NCBI GenBank assembly: GCA_951406725.2
Contig: OX597819.1
Coordinates: 116,994,001 to 117,058,000 of the forward strand
Reading direction: 5' to 3'
Length of the DNA stretch: 64,000 nt
DNA from: Octopus vulgaris
Lineage: Eukaryota
Shown: in pieces, positions 38,662 to 52,919 of the stretch
Numbering within the stretch: position 1 is the first letter of the stretch
Layout: each line of letters begins with the position of its first letter
Notes under the pieces: model-generated
Databases searched by the model: none
Seen by the model: the letters and a program-made list of their open reading frames with translations, nothing else
Told to the model about the DNA's origin: nothing
Position numbers and translations under genes: made by a program

Positions 38662-41300
38662 AAAAATAGAAATTGCAAATGCACTGATAATAGTTAAGAT
38701 ATTCAAAGCTTTAACCCGGTTTCAGGTTTTACACTGATTTTCAAAAGGTTCAAATAAAAAGACGTGGTTTATGTCGCAGATATTTTACTTCTGACTAGTG
38801 TATGAAGCTTGCTCTATTTTCAAACATAACGAGTCTTGCAAAGTTCGACCTGTACCTCGACCTCTTAAACCATCTTCCAAAATTCATAGACAATGATACC
38901 GCTATTGTAACTTTTGATGTAGTAAACCTCTATATCACTATCCGAAACTAATATGGACTAGAGGCAATAAAATTGTGGCTTCTGAAATTCCCTCATGAAA
39001 TTGCGGACAGAACTGAAAAGAGTTTCATAACTGTAGGATTAAAGTTTATCCTCGAAAACAACTTTTTTGCCTTCGATGGCAATATTTACAAACAAATATC
39101 TGGGATAGCGATGGGGACAAAATCTGTTTACATGGAGGTCCAGATATTATTTTTTCTCTCCCTAGTTTCAGCTCAGAACTGCGGCCATGCTGATGCACCG
39201 CCGTATTGCTACGCTGTTATTACTGAAAGCCTCCTCTAATATGTGGCACTTGGTGAAGAATGGAGTTTGGTGTAGCTACCCTCATTTGCACCTCGTGCCG
39301 TGAGGTAGGTTCATCTGGAACTCCCGACGGGAAGAGGTACCGCCTTGATTTTAAAATCCCTACCTCTACTTTGTGCAGGTTCTTAAGGCTCTTTGGGAGA
39401 ATATTAAAAAGCTGTGGGCCCTTGAAACACAAGCTGTTGCAGTAACTGGTCCTGAAGCGTGATGGCATTGCTGGGATCTTTGGCACTATGCAGTGTCGTC
39501 CCATTCTGATATTGGCGTAGCTTTCAATGCCAGAATTTGGCAGAATTCCTTCCAGGATCTTACAGATATATATTACTGCATACGTATCCCGTCTTCCCTC
39601 CAGGGAGTAGAGTCTTAGAATATAAATTAAAGTATGACTTGATCTTACACAAATATCAACTGCAAAATTGGAAACGTTACTTTGATGACTGCGTAATCCT
39701 ATGAATGCACACATTTGGAAAGTCTAGTTGACAACATAAATAATAATATTAACTTTATCATGGAATACAATAAAACTCATCTACCATTCCTGCATATAGT
39801 GATCTTCGAAAGAGATAAAAACTTTGAAACATATATCCACTATACAGATTCTAAAGAGTAATTAACTATCCTCATGCCAATAATATTTATTCTAGCAAGA
39901 AGAATCTGCACAATTGTATCAAAACCGGAATCTCTCAATAGAAAGCTCCAGGAACTAAAACAGGTATTACTTAAAAGACAATATCCATTAATGTTTATAG
40001 ACAAAAGAGTAATACTGCCAAAGCAATAAATATCGAGGAAGTACGGAAAACGATAAACGATCCAGATACATCCAATACTCTCTACCCTTTATTACACAGC
40101 TCAAGAAACACAGTGTTTTACAATATTATCCACCAGAATATCCCACTATTAAAACATGACCCAAGAATGAAACACACATTAGAAATACACAAAACAATCA
40201 AAAGTAAAAGACAATGAAATTTACCACCCCGTTAAATTCCTCACAAATTACCTTCCCAAATTCCTACATTTACCGTCAAAAAGTGTGGTCGCCCCATGTA
40301 CGGGACTTGCATCAACCTTATTGGGGACACAGCATAAGCTTCTAATATGAACAAATTTTTACCGTAAAAATCACTTTACATGTTCTTAAGCAAATTTAAT
40401 ATCCGCAATGAAATGTTAAGGATGTAATGAAAATTACATCGGTCAAACAAAGCTTACTCTAAGAAATAGACTGGTCATTTACCGACAACAAATATAAGAC
40501 GCCAGTAGTAGACAGACTCCGCTGAGTGGACACATAGATATATGCAAAAATTACCTCGTCCAAATTTCAGGTCTCCCCACTCGACGTATGTTCAGTGAAT
40601 ACGACAGGTGAAACACGGCTAGACAAAAATATACTTTCATACAAAAGTATAAACCAAGGCTTAACAAACTATTCAGCCAGAAAACTCATCCTGGCACTTA
40701 TCATGAAGAACCTACACAACTAACAACCTAAACGTTAACCATTGGATTACATACAAGCGAATCATGTCCACTCTCCCACCAGACAGATTAAATTTGGAAT
40801 GCCTTGACTGTAACTAAACATGTTCACTAAACCGTGTCGGTATTCCAGTTAGGCGCAAAATACACTCTCACGTGACACTAACGCACGGGTGTAGCGGGAA
40901 ACGCACAAAAGTTTATAGACTTAATCATTCGTTCATTCTGAACAAACACTTGACAGAATATATTCAGAGCATTGATTGTCAGCCTTTACTTACGACACCA
41001 TATATTGTCACTTGACGCACGAAGACGTAGTGGAGAACCTACAAAAAATTCTTAGAGCAGGCATGTGACTATCCTCAACCGAAAGAATCCTATTCGAAAC
41101 ATATACTACTTTGAGCCATGAACTCCCTATATAAAAAGGTCCAACACTAGTCAGAAGCAAGACAGCTGCCACTTGAGCCATGTCTTTCTATTTGAAATGT
41201 TTTGAAAATAAGTGTAAACTGTGTAACCGTTTAAAGCTTTACATATATAAATAAAGAATATTTTAATTATTCTCAAAGCGTTTTCATCTTCTATTTTTCT
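38661..41300 (+). mobile_element. Decayed Penelope-like retroelement (RT plus GIY-YIG) with inverted pseudo-LTR
   Basis: RT: IVTFDVVNLY, FILENNFFAFDGNIYKQISGIAMGT, NWKRYFDDC, INFIME...LPFL. Endonuclease: KCGRP..GTC, C*GCNENYIGQTKLTLRNRL..YRQQI, PLSGHI, FIQKYKPRLN (40280-40670). Segment 38661-38770 is an inverted copy of 41173-41300. Confidence 0.88.
39147..39618 (-). mobile_element. CR1-like LINE 3' end nested inside the Penelope RT
   Basis: LRLYSLEGRRDTYAVIYICKILEGILPN...FKGPQLFNILPK, homologous to 49250-49715 and with the same 3' stem-loop tail. Confidence 0.9.
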
Positions 41301-41564
41301 GGTTTCCACCCGTGTGGAATAAAATAGCACGCACTCACGCACACACATATATGTGTATATATAATGTATGTATAAATATACATATATTATATATAGTAGG
41401 ACTTTTACCGTTATATACAGTAATAATAAGGTGGCTAGTAAGTTCACACCTTTACAGGTACAATATAAAGTAATTTAAGATTAGGTAGGGTATATATAAT
41501 ACCACTTCCTAAAATAAAAGCAATTGCTCCTAAAACCACAATTATTAATTACTTTATATATATG

Positions 41565-41885
41565 TACTCTTTCACCACAGCTTTCTGTCACTCTTCCTTC
41601 CTGTTACTGTTGTACCTGTATTTGATAGGGCCAGCCTTGTTACACCCAGTGTCAGACTGAATCTCCCCGAGAAATAAGTTAAGGGTACACGCATCTGTGG
41701 AATGCTCAGCCACTTGCACGTTAATAAATGTGTTGCGACGTCATTGTTGCCAAGCTGTATCAGCCTTTGCCTTTTCCTTGGATAACATCGGTGGCGTGGA
41801 GAGGGGAGGCCGGTATGCATGGACGACTGCTGGTCTTCCATAAACAACCTTGCCCAGACTTGTGCCTCGGAGGGTAACTTTCTAG
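41565..41885 (+). mobile_element. Partial SINE related to family C, with a different 3' part
   Basis: 41565-41725 matches about 62776-62937. The downstream 160 bp differ from the family C tail. Confidence 0.65.
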
Positions 41886-42017
41886 ATACACACACACACA
41901 CACATGCATATATAGTCTGCTATATGAATCTACAAACCTATATTCTGATATAATGAATCCATAGACACATCTCCCTCTTTCTCTCTCTCCCCGTCTCCCT
42001 TCTCTCTTCCTCTCCTA

Positions 42018-42078
<61 letters not shown>

Positions 42079-42080
<2 letters not shown>

Positions 42081-42747
42081 CTACAAAATTAGAGAATGGA
42101 GAAACATACTTAAATCAGTAAAACATCAACTATCCGATGATACTCAATCCATACTTTAATACACCATTACATATGAGTAAAGGCAATATATAAAATGAAA
42201 TGAGATATACAGTAATAGTAAAAAGATAAAGAGATATAAGTAAAAAATTTCAAATATAATATGCAAATAAATCAAAACTGACAGCTGTTTCGGCAGTGAG
42301 GGCAGTCATACCTCATTTAACCTATAAGCCATAAAGGCAGGTATAAATGAGGCATTAACAAGAGATGCCCCACGGCCTCTTCAGAGAATTAAATTAAATT
42401 TATTATAATAGTGAAAAATATTATATAATCATATACATATAAATATAAAAATATAAAAATGTAAAATATAAAAACTTATACATCATAATGCTACACTTAT
42501 ATAATATAATACACATTTGTACAAAAAGGAAGGTAAACAGAACAAAATAAAACAAAATATATAACAGTGTATATATTAATATTAATAAGTACCGATATTA
42601 TACATATTTGGCTAATAGTTTTTTTTATAAAAAGGCTAACACATATGTAGATGAAAAATAATAATTAAAACCAAGGTACAGTTCATAAACTTCTAAAGCT
42701 ATAAAAGTTAATAAAAATTACTATTAATATTAATAATAATAATAATA

Positions 42748-42798
<51 letters not shown>

Positions 42799-42990
42799 TT
42801 AATAATAATAAAAAATAATAAAAATAGATACAGTTAAGTTAGCACCAAGTCCATCCTTTCAAGATCGAAATAACTATGAGTTAAGAAATGCTGACCACTA
42901 GGTAAAGAAAATTTAGATTAATTCGATTGGCTATTGGTTTGAAATTTAAATCACAAAAGAAAATTATACGGTTGGTTAGTCAGGGAACGC
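42079..42990 (-). mobile_element. Second, non-palindromic copy of family H1
   Basis: Collinear with the reverse complement of 12479-13229. Starts at the same aactacaaaattag boundary after (TA)n. The right boundary is approximate. Confidence 0.85.
42278..42386 (-). ncRNA. Type I hammerhead ribozyme motif (H1)
   Basis: Minus strand: ct-CTGAAGA-ggccgtggggca...tgccctcactgcc-GAAA-cagctg-TC-ag. More conserved than the AT-rich flanks. Confidence 0.75.
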
Positions 42991-45900
42991 CAATATTCAC
43001 ACACGCATCTACAGATCAATCGCACATACACATATAGTTATATGTATATACATACACTTATACACATACATAATCACAAGCAACAACTAGCACTTAGATA
43101 AACAAAAAAGGGAAGCAACTATGCTACCATTTAGTCCTTCAAAATTATAACTGTGCCTCAATAACAAAAGAACCATCCATGCATTCCATAAAATATTTAA
43201 TTTAGATATAAATATATTTTTAAAAATCATATATATATATATATATATACGTGTGTGTGTGCGTGTATGTGTGTGTATGTGCGTGTGTGTGTGCGTGTGT
43301 TTGTGTGTGCGTGTGTGTACGTGTCTGTGTATGTGCGTGTGTGTGTTTGTGTGTGTGTGTGTGTATACGACATTGATGCTAATCGTTAAATAATATAAAG
43401 AAAAAGGCAAAATTATAAAACACATTGTTTCTCAACCGAAGATTTTGAGGGATATTTATTTCGGCCTCCAACACATGTTCGCTATTAAAGATGATCTGCG
43501 TCACGGAACAAGTGAGAAGAATTCTGTAAACAAAATTCTGTCCCTCCACATTTGCAAAATATAATACAAAAGAATTAGTCGAATTGAATTATACTATTCG
43601 ATTAGTCAGTCTTGTGACCAAATGTGAGAAATCAATATTAATTATATGTATCAGCCACAAGCGTTGATCGATGGATTATGTATAACATCTTCACTTTAAA
43701 CTATTTTGTTTCCCCATATAATGCAATGCATAATGCCGTTGGTACACATTGTTTCATTCCGCGTTACTTCGGTATTGAGCGTGAGGCCAATGTTTCCTCA
43801 TTATAACAGAAAAACCTATTTAAGTTAAAACTGATTCCACTATTGTTTTCCATGTGGATGACATCTGAACATTCTATCATCAGAATTGTTGTATACAACA
43901 GGCTTCTAACAATGAATTTTGTCCACTAAACACATTAAGCCTGACCATGTCACCCAATCAACCTCAAATGCACACATTTACAATCCGTCATTTAGTTGCA
44001 ATCATGTAACACGCCATTAGTTTTTATATAATTAAAACTAATTTTCAAAAGCTTTTATTACACACAGTCATATTTTGTGAATGTCCAGGAATCGTTTATT
44101 ATTACACAGTCTCATTATTACTTTCTGAGCGTTATACAGCTTAACATTCTCTCTTTTTCACAAAACACTTACACATCCCCAGTTAATACGTTACATGATA
44201 TAAAAATATCGTAGATGACTACGGAAACTTTCTCAGCAAGATAATATTTACTGATATTATTTGGTTTTGTGGAGTCCACTTTTAATTTTAAAATGTTTTC
44301 TTATATATATTTTAGATTTATAACAAATGGATCCACAAAACATTCAAGTTTCGCTTCAATCCATCCAGTAACATACCACTTCAATCCATTAACGTTCCAT
44401 AATAGCGATCAGCTGTAAAAAATTCATTATTGTTATTATCATATCCTGCCAAAATGACATTTCTGTAACAGATTAACGAGACGTGCTCCACACACACTCT
44501 CTTGTTGTTCTTAAATAAAAATGGTCTCACATATGACATAGATCCCACACATTATCTCTTACTACACAAACTGCATTCCGTTTCGAGATGCAAATCATTT
44601 ACCCGTTCTATATACAAAATACTTCTCCCCGAACTACATTCGTTACATAATTCTTACCCTGAGTTGTGATATTAATTTCTATCCACACGACTCTAACAAC
44701 TGTCAACTGTGTGACAACATATATTCCAAATATCTTTGATTGAAATCTTTCACCTTTGCTCTTCCCTAAATACCCATTTTAACTGCTCTCCAAACGCCTC
44801 CAATCGCAAAAAAACTGTTCGAACGTATCTTGGCTTACACTCAGGATATCTCAGTTCTTATCGAAGATATCGTTGTCAATATGTCTATTTCAGATAGACA
44901 TTTTTGGCGCGCAGTCACCTTCTCATCCCTCAACACAACTATTATTTTCATCTCATACAGTTACGTTTCTAATATTATTTTGACACATTAAAAGCCTCAC
45001 ATGTCTTTTGCGTTACCAGATGCAGCATTTGTCAAATGTATTTATACGTATCCCATGGTAATCTCAAGATATTTTAGAATTTCATAGAGAATTAATCAGT
45101 CACTTCAAATATATAATAAGTTCACAACCTCTGAGATTATTTCTCGATTTTATATAATGCAAACATTCAATTCCTGCAGTTCCGGGCAGGACTAAGATCT
45201 GTAAGAAACCATTCTTAATTATAGAAACACTTAATTATTATTACTGAATGCGAGATATTTCCAATGAACAGTGATTAGTTTCAAGGTATTAAAGTTTATT
45301 TCATGAGCTTTCAGGAAATCTCATTTTAGATTTTGTTGGGGACATATTTGAAGTATGTACTTCTTAAAAAGTTATTTCGGAAGAATACAATCTTCGGAAG
45401 CAATGACATAATCAAAATCTCAAATAAATCAATGATCCAAGCGTCCCTCCTAATTGACGCTTGTTTTTATTTATTTATTTAAAAATTTGGCAATTCCGTG
45501 TCAAATGCAAAACACAAGTATTAACGATCTTGATTTTGATTAAACAGTTTAACACTTCTTGCAGAAAGTTGGAAGGTCCATGTAAACTATGTGTAAAACT
45601 TGTAGTTTCTTTAAGCGCTATTGCGATAGTTTCAACTACATACATGTTCAGTTACTCTTCCCTCTCAAATGAAACACCTACCTTTTACCTTAGAGGAGAC
45701 CATCGTTTCCATTCTGCTTTGAGAAGAGTAATCGAAAAACAGATAAGTGTCTAGTGAATTTTTATATAAAAGCATATTTTTTGTTACATCATGAATGAAT
45801 ATTTCGGTGATGTTTGAATGTGAATATGTATTATCTTACCCACTTGAAACTAGCTTTATCTCATTTACAAGGAAAGACGTCATGGATTTAACTAATATAT

Positions 45901-46318
45901 TTATAATTATATTAATTTATAGATTTACAATGTATGCGCCATTTATGGGGTATAATATATAATACACCTACATAGTTGTGTTATAATCAATGTGTGTTGA
46001 ATATAATGAGACTTTAAGTAGAAATTGTTGTTTTAAGAACGTTAACTCAGATAAAGCAACTTGCGAAAGCAGCAGATCTCATATATATACATTTTCGTGG
46101 GCAATTAGATCTGTGTTCACAAAGTACAAGATCTCATCGGATATCACCGAAAATAGTATTACGAAATGCCTGTTACTTCAAATGAATTTAATCCTAAAAT
46201 GCACATTTGATATCATATAAAATTAAAGGCATTGTACCATAAGAAATGTTATATAAAAAGTTGATCTTCTCGAAGGTGCAGTCTGGGTTTCAAGATGTAT
46301 GGAGTTGGAAAGAAATTA

Positions 46319-46715
46319 TCTTTATATATAAAAGTCAAGTTGTGTGTCTGTCTCCTACGATTTAGATGCCTAACTACTCCCATATTTTGCAGTGCAGTTT
46401 AACCAAAACCGGGTATCTTATAGTCGTGATTCATATCGAGCCTTTATGGGTATTAGCGCGCGTCTACGATGAGTCTACGATTTAAAAATAAATTTACCAT
46501 CATTTTTTCCCATTTTAATGCATTTTTCTGCTATTATATAAGGGAAGTAACTCTCTAAAAATGTCTACGATGAGTCAACGATTTAAAAAAAAAATTACCA
46601 TAATTTTTTCCCAGTTTTAATGCTTTTTTTTGCTATTTTTTGGCTATAACTCTCTTAAAATGCTTATATAGTTATTTCCCATACAAGCCCGAGCAACGCC
46701 GGGCGATACTGCTAG
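46319..46715 (+). mobile_element. Non-autonomous Helitron
   Basis: 5' TC (a|tctttatatataaaa), 3' hairpin gcccg-agcaacgc-cgggc (46687-46704), then CTAG|t. Internal direct repeat of about 75 bp at 46462 and 46563. Confidence 0.85.
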
Positions 46716-47357
46716 TTATTTATAAAACAAAGTACACACATTATATTAACTTGATTGAAGCCCCCTGCAACTGGGGTCCGATGTTCCATGTTAGATTTAT
46801 GATAATTATCATTAAATTATTTCCTCATGGTATTTTGTTTTTAATAATCGCATTTTCTCTCTGTGTGTCTGACAGTCTGTCTGCCAGTTACTGCCCCTCT
46901 CTCTCTCTCTCTCACACACACTCTCATCTCAGTAACTCAGAGATGTCATTGGTTTGATTTTAGAAATCAAAAAACCCAGAAGCGAGTATAATGTTGAGAA
47001 CGTAAAAGAGAATATGACTTCATGGAACAGTCTTCGCTTCGTGGGATATGTAAGACTCATCAATAAATATCATCCATTATCATATTCTATATATCTGTCT
47101 GTGTGATAAAAAGTAATTCGCATGAGAAGTTGTCTGAGTTTATATTAAATGCGAAGAACAAAACTGAGATTATTAGAAAATAATTACTAGTGTGGATATG
47201 AGAGACCCAATGAAGCAAGCCAGCAAGAGTGTAGACCAAATAATAAGGGCAGGGAAGAAACTGAAAACCTGAGTCTGTGCAAATATGAATATGTATATGT
47301 ACACATATGTATGTAAGTATGTATGTATGTATGTATGTATGTATGTATGTATGTATG

Positions 47358-47455
<98 letters not shown>

Positions 47456-48435
47456 TATTTCAGTAGGTGAATTAATTATCCAAGTATGGAGAATTCGGTT
47501 AACCGGTACCCGGGTAGCAAATTCACGTCAGAATTTGTCGAGAATAAAGGAATTTTGTTAAAATCGTCATTCGACTCCATTCTTTCACTTATATATATAT
47601 ATGTGTGTGGGTGTGTGTGTGTGTGTGTGTGTGTGTATGTAAGTATGTATATCTTTATACTAATGTATCATAATAATATTTATTCTCCGATTTCAAACGA
47701 CAATACTGAAATACAAACAAACGACCGAAAACTGATGTTTTCATATCTCAGTTTATACTGCGGTCTTAGATCTTAACACACACGTGGGTATAAAAGGGAG
47801 ATATCAATTTTGGAAGTGTGGATGGACACATAACGTCGCATGATCATGTGCATATTTTTTGCAAATCTCGCGAACTTGTGCTTTCAAAAGACACTGTACT
47901 GAAGTGTAACAATAAGTAAAATTATTTTTGACTTTGAGTTCGAAAAACGACAAAGGTTAACCATCCAAACTTCATTCATTATTTTTCTTTTACTTACATG
48001 CAATAAGTGTGTTATGTTTGGAGATTTTAAGGTAGTAAAAAATACATTAGCGTCTATTTCTAGCAGTGGGTGGTGAGGAACTAAGCCGACCGCTTGTTGA
48101 AATTATGCATATAATTATAAAATAATTTGTGAAATTTACATAAAAGGTTTTTATTTCAGCAATCGCTCCCTGGTAAATTCGTTATTGATTTTACCTTCTA
48201 TTATATATATATATAATTAAGAGTTAAGCAACAAGTTACTTCACTACATACCGAAAATTTAGAAATAGCAGCCAAAGACAGCCCATTCATTTTTACTACA
48301 AATATGATTCCACAGATAACAATATTTGTAACGCACAAATGCGAAAAGAAGAAAAAATCACAAGATTGTATCGCAGAAAGAAAACTGCAGTTTGTTTTAC
48401 GGGAGTGAAAAAAAATCTGTAAATATATATATATG

Positions 48436-48469
<34 letters not shown>

Positions 48470-48503
48470 TGTATGTATGTATGTATGTATGTATGTATGT
48501 ATG

Positions 48504-48555
<52 letters not shown>

Positions 48556-48559
<4 letters not shown>

Positions 48560-49726
48560 GAGAAATTGGGAGAATGGCTTCATGACTTTCTGAAGAATAG
48601 AAGTCAGGTGGTAGTAGCCAATTAACACGCAAATAGTGAGCGGTGTTCCGCAGGGCAGTTTTGGGACCACTACTGTTCATAATGGCCCTCTCAGACATGC
48701 CCTCAGCCACGCAGAGAGCCTCGATCACAAGTTATGCAGATGATACAAAAGTTTCACAGGCAATACAGAACCCTGAAGACACTAAGCACCTGCAATGTGA
48801 GCTGGACAAAATATACAAGTGGGCTGAAGAGAATAGCATACAGTTCAATGCTGAAAAGTTTCAAGCTTTATGTTATCAGCATGCAAAGCTGAATGCAATA
48901 CCCAATGAATACACTGGACCCGGAGGGATTGCAATCCCAGAGGCACAATCAGTGCGTGACCTGGGTATTTACATGAGTGATGACGCGACCTTTCATGTAC
49001 ATGTTGCTAAACTGGCAATGAAATGTAGACGGCTGGCTGGCTGGATTCTTAGAACCTTTAGAACAAGAGAACAATAAACCATGATGGTCCTCTGGAAGAC
49101 ACTTGTCCTAAGCCACTTTGACTATTGCTCTCAGCTATGGTCACCATCCAGTGTCAAGTTGATCACAGAACTTGAGGCGATCCAACGAAGGTACACGAAG
49201 AAGATAGCCTCTGTGCAGCATATAAGCTACTGAGAAAGACTCAAGAGATTAAAGCTCTATTCCCTGAAGCGTAGGCGAGAAAGATATGCCATAATATATA
49301 TCTGGAAGATCCTGGAAGGACTTGTCCCAAACTTTGGCATCGAGAGTCACACAAATGCCAGAACCGGGCGCTACTGCGTAGTACCAAGGACTCCAAATTT
49401 GCCATCAAGATGTAGGACAAGATACTGTGATAGCCTGGGCTTCAGAGGCCCACAGCTCTTCAATATCCTCCCGAAGAACCTGAGGGACCTGCATGGTGTA
49501 GATGCGGATGTCTTTAAAGTAGGACTGGATCTCTTCCTGTCAGGTGTCCAGGATGATCCAACTTCACGGCAGGAGGTGCAGATGAGAGCAGCTGCATCGA
49601 ACTCTCTCATGCACCAAATGACAGTTGCTAAAAAGCATTCGTGAGGTAAAATCATGTAGCAAACCAAATGGCGGTGCCCGAGCATGGCCACAGCTCATTA
49701 GCTGAAACTGGAAAAATCAAAATCAA

Positions 49727-49730
<4 letters not shown>
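48556..49730 (+). mobile_element. 5'-truncated CR1-like LINE (RT and 3' end), pseudogenised
   Basis: [50 protein letters not shown]. Stops at 49075 and 49231 and a frameshift near 48657. (aaatc)n tail. (TA)n on both sides. Confidence 0.93.
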
Positions 49731-49820
<90 letters not shown>

Positions 49821-50624
49821 GTATGTATGTATGTATGTATGTATGCATGTATGTATGTATGTAAGTATATATATATGTATATATATATATATATATGTAA
49901 GTATATATATATGCGCGCGTGTGTGTGTATGTGCGTGCTCGTTTGAGTGTGTATGTGTGTGTGTGCTTGTGTGTCTGTGAATGCTTTTATATATGTGTGC
50001 GCAAGTGTGTGTGATAATGAGTTTCTGTTTCCTTGCCTGCATATAATATGGAGACGCACAATTGCTAGTGTGAGTGCTTGTGTCATCAAATAAAGGTTTA
50101 ATTTCGATTATTCAAGTTGAAGTAGACACCACCAGCCATAATTTGTTAGTGGATGTTCTGTGACAACATCGTGTTGACTTTCTTGAAGGGAAGCTATCCA
50201 TTGACACACTCATAAATATTTCTAAATAAGAGAGGCATCAGTCGTGATTTATTCATCAATTCAACACGTGGATTAATACAGCTATAACTTAGGCGCAGTT
50301 ACTGCTGTATTTGTATCTGCCGTTATTATTATTCAGTAGCCTTACTTTTATCTCGTGCTTTCGCTGCACTACCGAGCTTAGTACTATACGACTTGAGTAT
50401 ATGCTAAGATTTGTTTCGTTGTTGATACATTTAGTGTACCCACAGTGTTATACGTAAGATGTGCGCGTTTTCTTGCAATATTTGTTTCTGTATTTTATAC
50501 GTATTCTTTATTCCTGGGGATTTTGTTACTTATTTGTCTGCATGGTTTTTACTCACTCTTAAAGAAACTATGATTCTCCTTGCTTTTCAGGTCCCGTATT
50601 TTTATGAAAATCTATTTACTATTG

Positions 50625-51145
50625 CTTAGTACTCAAAATAACAGTGAAACTAAGTTAAAGAGTACGAAGCCCAGTATAACCATCATGATTACTAGCCTGA
50701 TGAGGTTACACCAGTCTCATGCATCAAAACATATGTGTGTGACATGGTGATCTCATATCAAGATTAACAACGCATGACCTTGCAGGTGGGGCCAACTTAG
50801 AATTTCCTTGAGGTGGAGTAGCCCATCCCACTCAAATTGACCCTGAAGAAGGGTTGTTGAAGGATGTTGAACGAAACATCTATGGTTCCAAAGGCGAATT
50901 AACCAAACTCCAAAAAATCACTCTCAACACTATTTTTGCTCGTGATCAAAGATGCGCATATCGTCAGCCATTAAAGGGCATGCTCAACTGGTTAAGGTCA
51001 AACAACCGAGAAGCAAATCTGTGGTCATGAGCAGAATATTCGCTGTGGCTCATCTGTTATGCCAATACAAACCAATGTACATGATAACACAACCAATCAA
51101 TTATGATGAGAAGCCATGAGAGCCACTGCCTAACAAATGCCTAGA
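50625..51145 (+). mobile_element. Diverged copy of the 52.9-53.5 kb interspersed repeat
   Basis: Reverse complement of about 52995-53520 (for example agaagccatgagagccactgcct, gcatgctcaactggttaaggtcaaacaac). Confidence 0.8.
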
Positions 51146-52857
51146 TTGTGTCTTTCATCCAATACTGCCCGACAGTTTTGCCTTACCCAGATCCAAAGCG
51201 AAGCAGAATGGAATGCTTGCTCAGTGACACTTTGCGTGGAGGAAGCTAAGTCCCGCTGGTCACACAGCCTCTTCGCACTTCGCAATCAAAATCTGCTTCA
51301 CTGAGGATTAGTTATGCCGTGACTAATGAGCAGATACCAGCTAGATCTACGGTGTATCCAGCATTTACTCGATGATGAGTAGCTGTGGTCTCTGGTTGTT
51401 AGAAACCTATTTTTTTCGTACCTCGCCTCTTTCATACCTCGATAAGTTGTAGAAAAAGAAAATATAGCTGGTACATTGAATGCCATCAAACCCTTACAGC
51501 CTCTGTTAATCGGTCAAAGTTGTCGATGGATGTTCCACAGTGAAGACACCGTCGAAGAAAACCAAGGTGTCGATGAAGATCAACTAGTCGGTGTTTACCG
51601 AAAACAAATTAGAGGTGAGGCATATTTATAATTTCTAGAAAGCCCTGGGCTGACATTGCTACCGAGGGACACTGCTACTTTGGGATGAACTCTACATCAG
51701 TAGCGCTTACCCGAAATTGGCGCAGGGTGGCGAAAATGTCCTCTTAGCGTTCGTATATATTAATGAGTTGTACGTTTAATAGTTGCGATTACGTTTAGGA
51801 TGGCTTTCATCCGACCCAATCGTGAAGATCACATTTCAACTTACGTTTTGCCTCCAGGGTGGGGTGTTATCCTCAGTTTGGTTTTATAGGGAATGTAAGT
51901 TAAAATATAGAAGACGGGCTCTCTACTCATTGTCCAAAATCACGTCGAAAAATAAAATGAAATAGAGTGGAATGTATTGAGAGAGATGTGCTGCCTCCGA
52001 CTAAATTTGAAGACATTTGGTTGAATGTGGAGACGATGACTCGAATGAAGGGTCATACTGTAACCTGGCGCTTGCATGCTGTGTGGTGGGGAGAGAGACG
52101 CCAATGCCATTTACCACCTTTTATGCAGTATTGTTTGGGATTTCTGAGCCAACTGGTTAGTGTTCCTCCCACAATGGAGAATTTTGTTATAATTTTTCTC
52201 ATCAGTTATTCTTTACGCGTTTTTCCTATAAACCTTCACTGAGCTTCGTCTTTGTATAGTCTTAAATACATTTTCAGGATTTGTGGATAATGAATATACT
52301 ATTTTAACTTTTAGCCTTAGCGTTATTATTCTTATTAGTAATAATTAATGTAAGGAAATGATGGAATGGCTAGCGCTCCGGACGAAATGCTTAGCTCAAT
52401 GTCTCACCCGTTTTTATGGTCCGTCATTCACATTGTTTTCATCCTTTCGTGGTACATAAAATAAGTATTAGCTGACCACTACAGTTGATGTGATCCAATC
52501 AAACAGTCCAATCAAATTCATACACTTGTGGCTGTAGAAGAAATAATTCTAGTTATTATCACAGCAGTGAGTTGGTAGGCTCGTTTGTGTTTCGGACAAA
52601 AATGTTAGGTGCTATTTCTTATGGATCTTTATATCAAGATTTCAGATACCGCCAATTTCAACTTCTCCCTTTATTCTTACTACATTCAGCTCTTCAGGAA
52701 CGAGAGAATTGCAATAACATAACATGTAATATTTTAGGTATTTGATCGTTAGATTCCAAAGTTTGAATTGTTAGCCTCCTTTTTAATCCGTAAAGGAGAC
52801 AATAGATAGATAAAGGGGATTTTAAATTCTTTCATCTCAAGTGTCAAGACATAGACC

Positions 52858-52917
<60 letters not shown>

Positions 52918-52919
<2 letters not shown>

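Noticed and set aside
41078-41110. ccgaaa-gaat cct attc-gaaacata as a hammerhead in the Penelope 3' UTR
   Set aside because: The core is one base short and stems I and III do not pair convincingly.
50697-50735. cctgatgagg as a hammerhead core
   Set aside because: No properly placed GAAA or stem III, and the homologous copy reads ctgataa.
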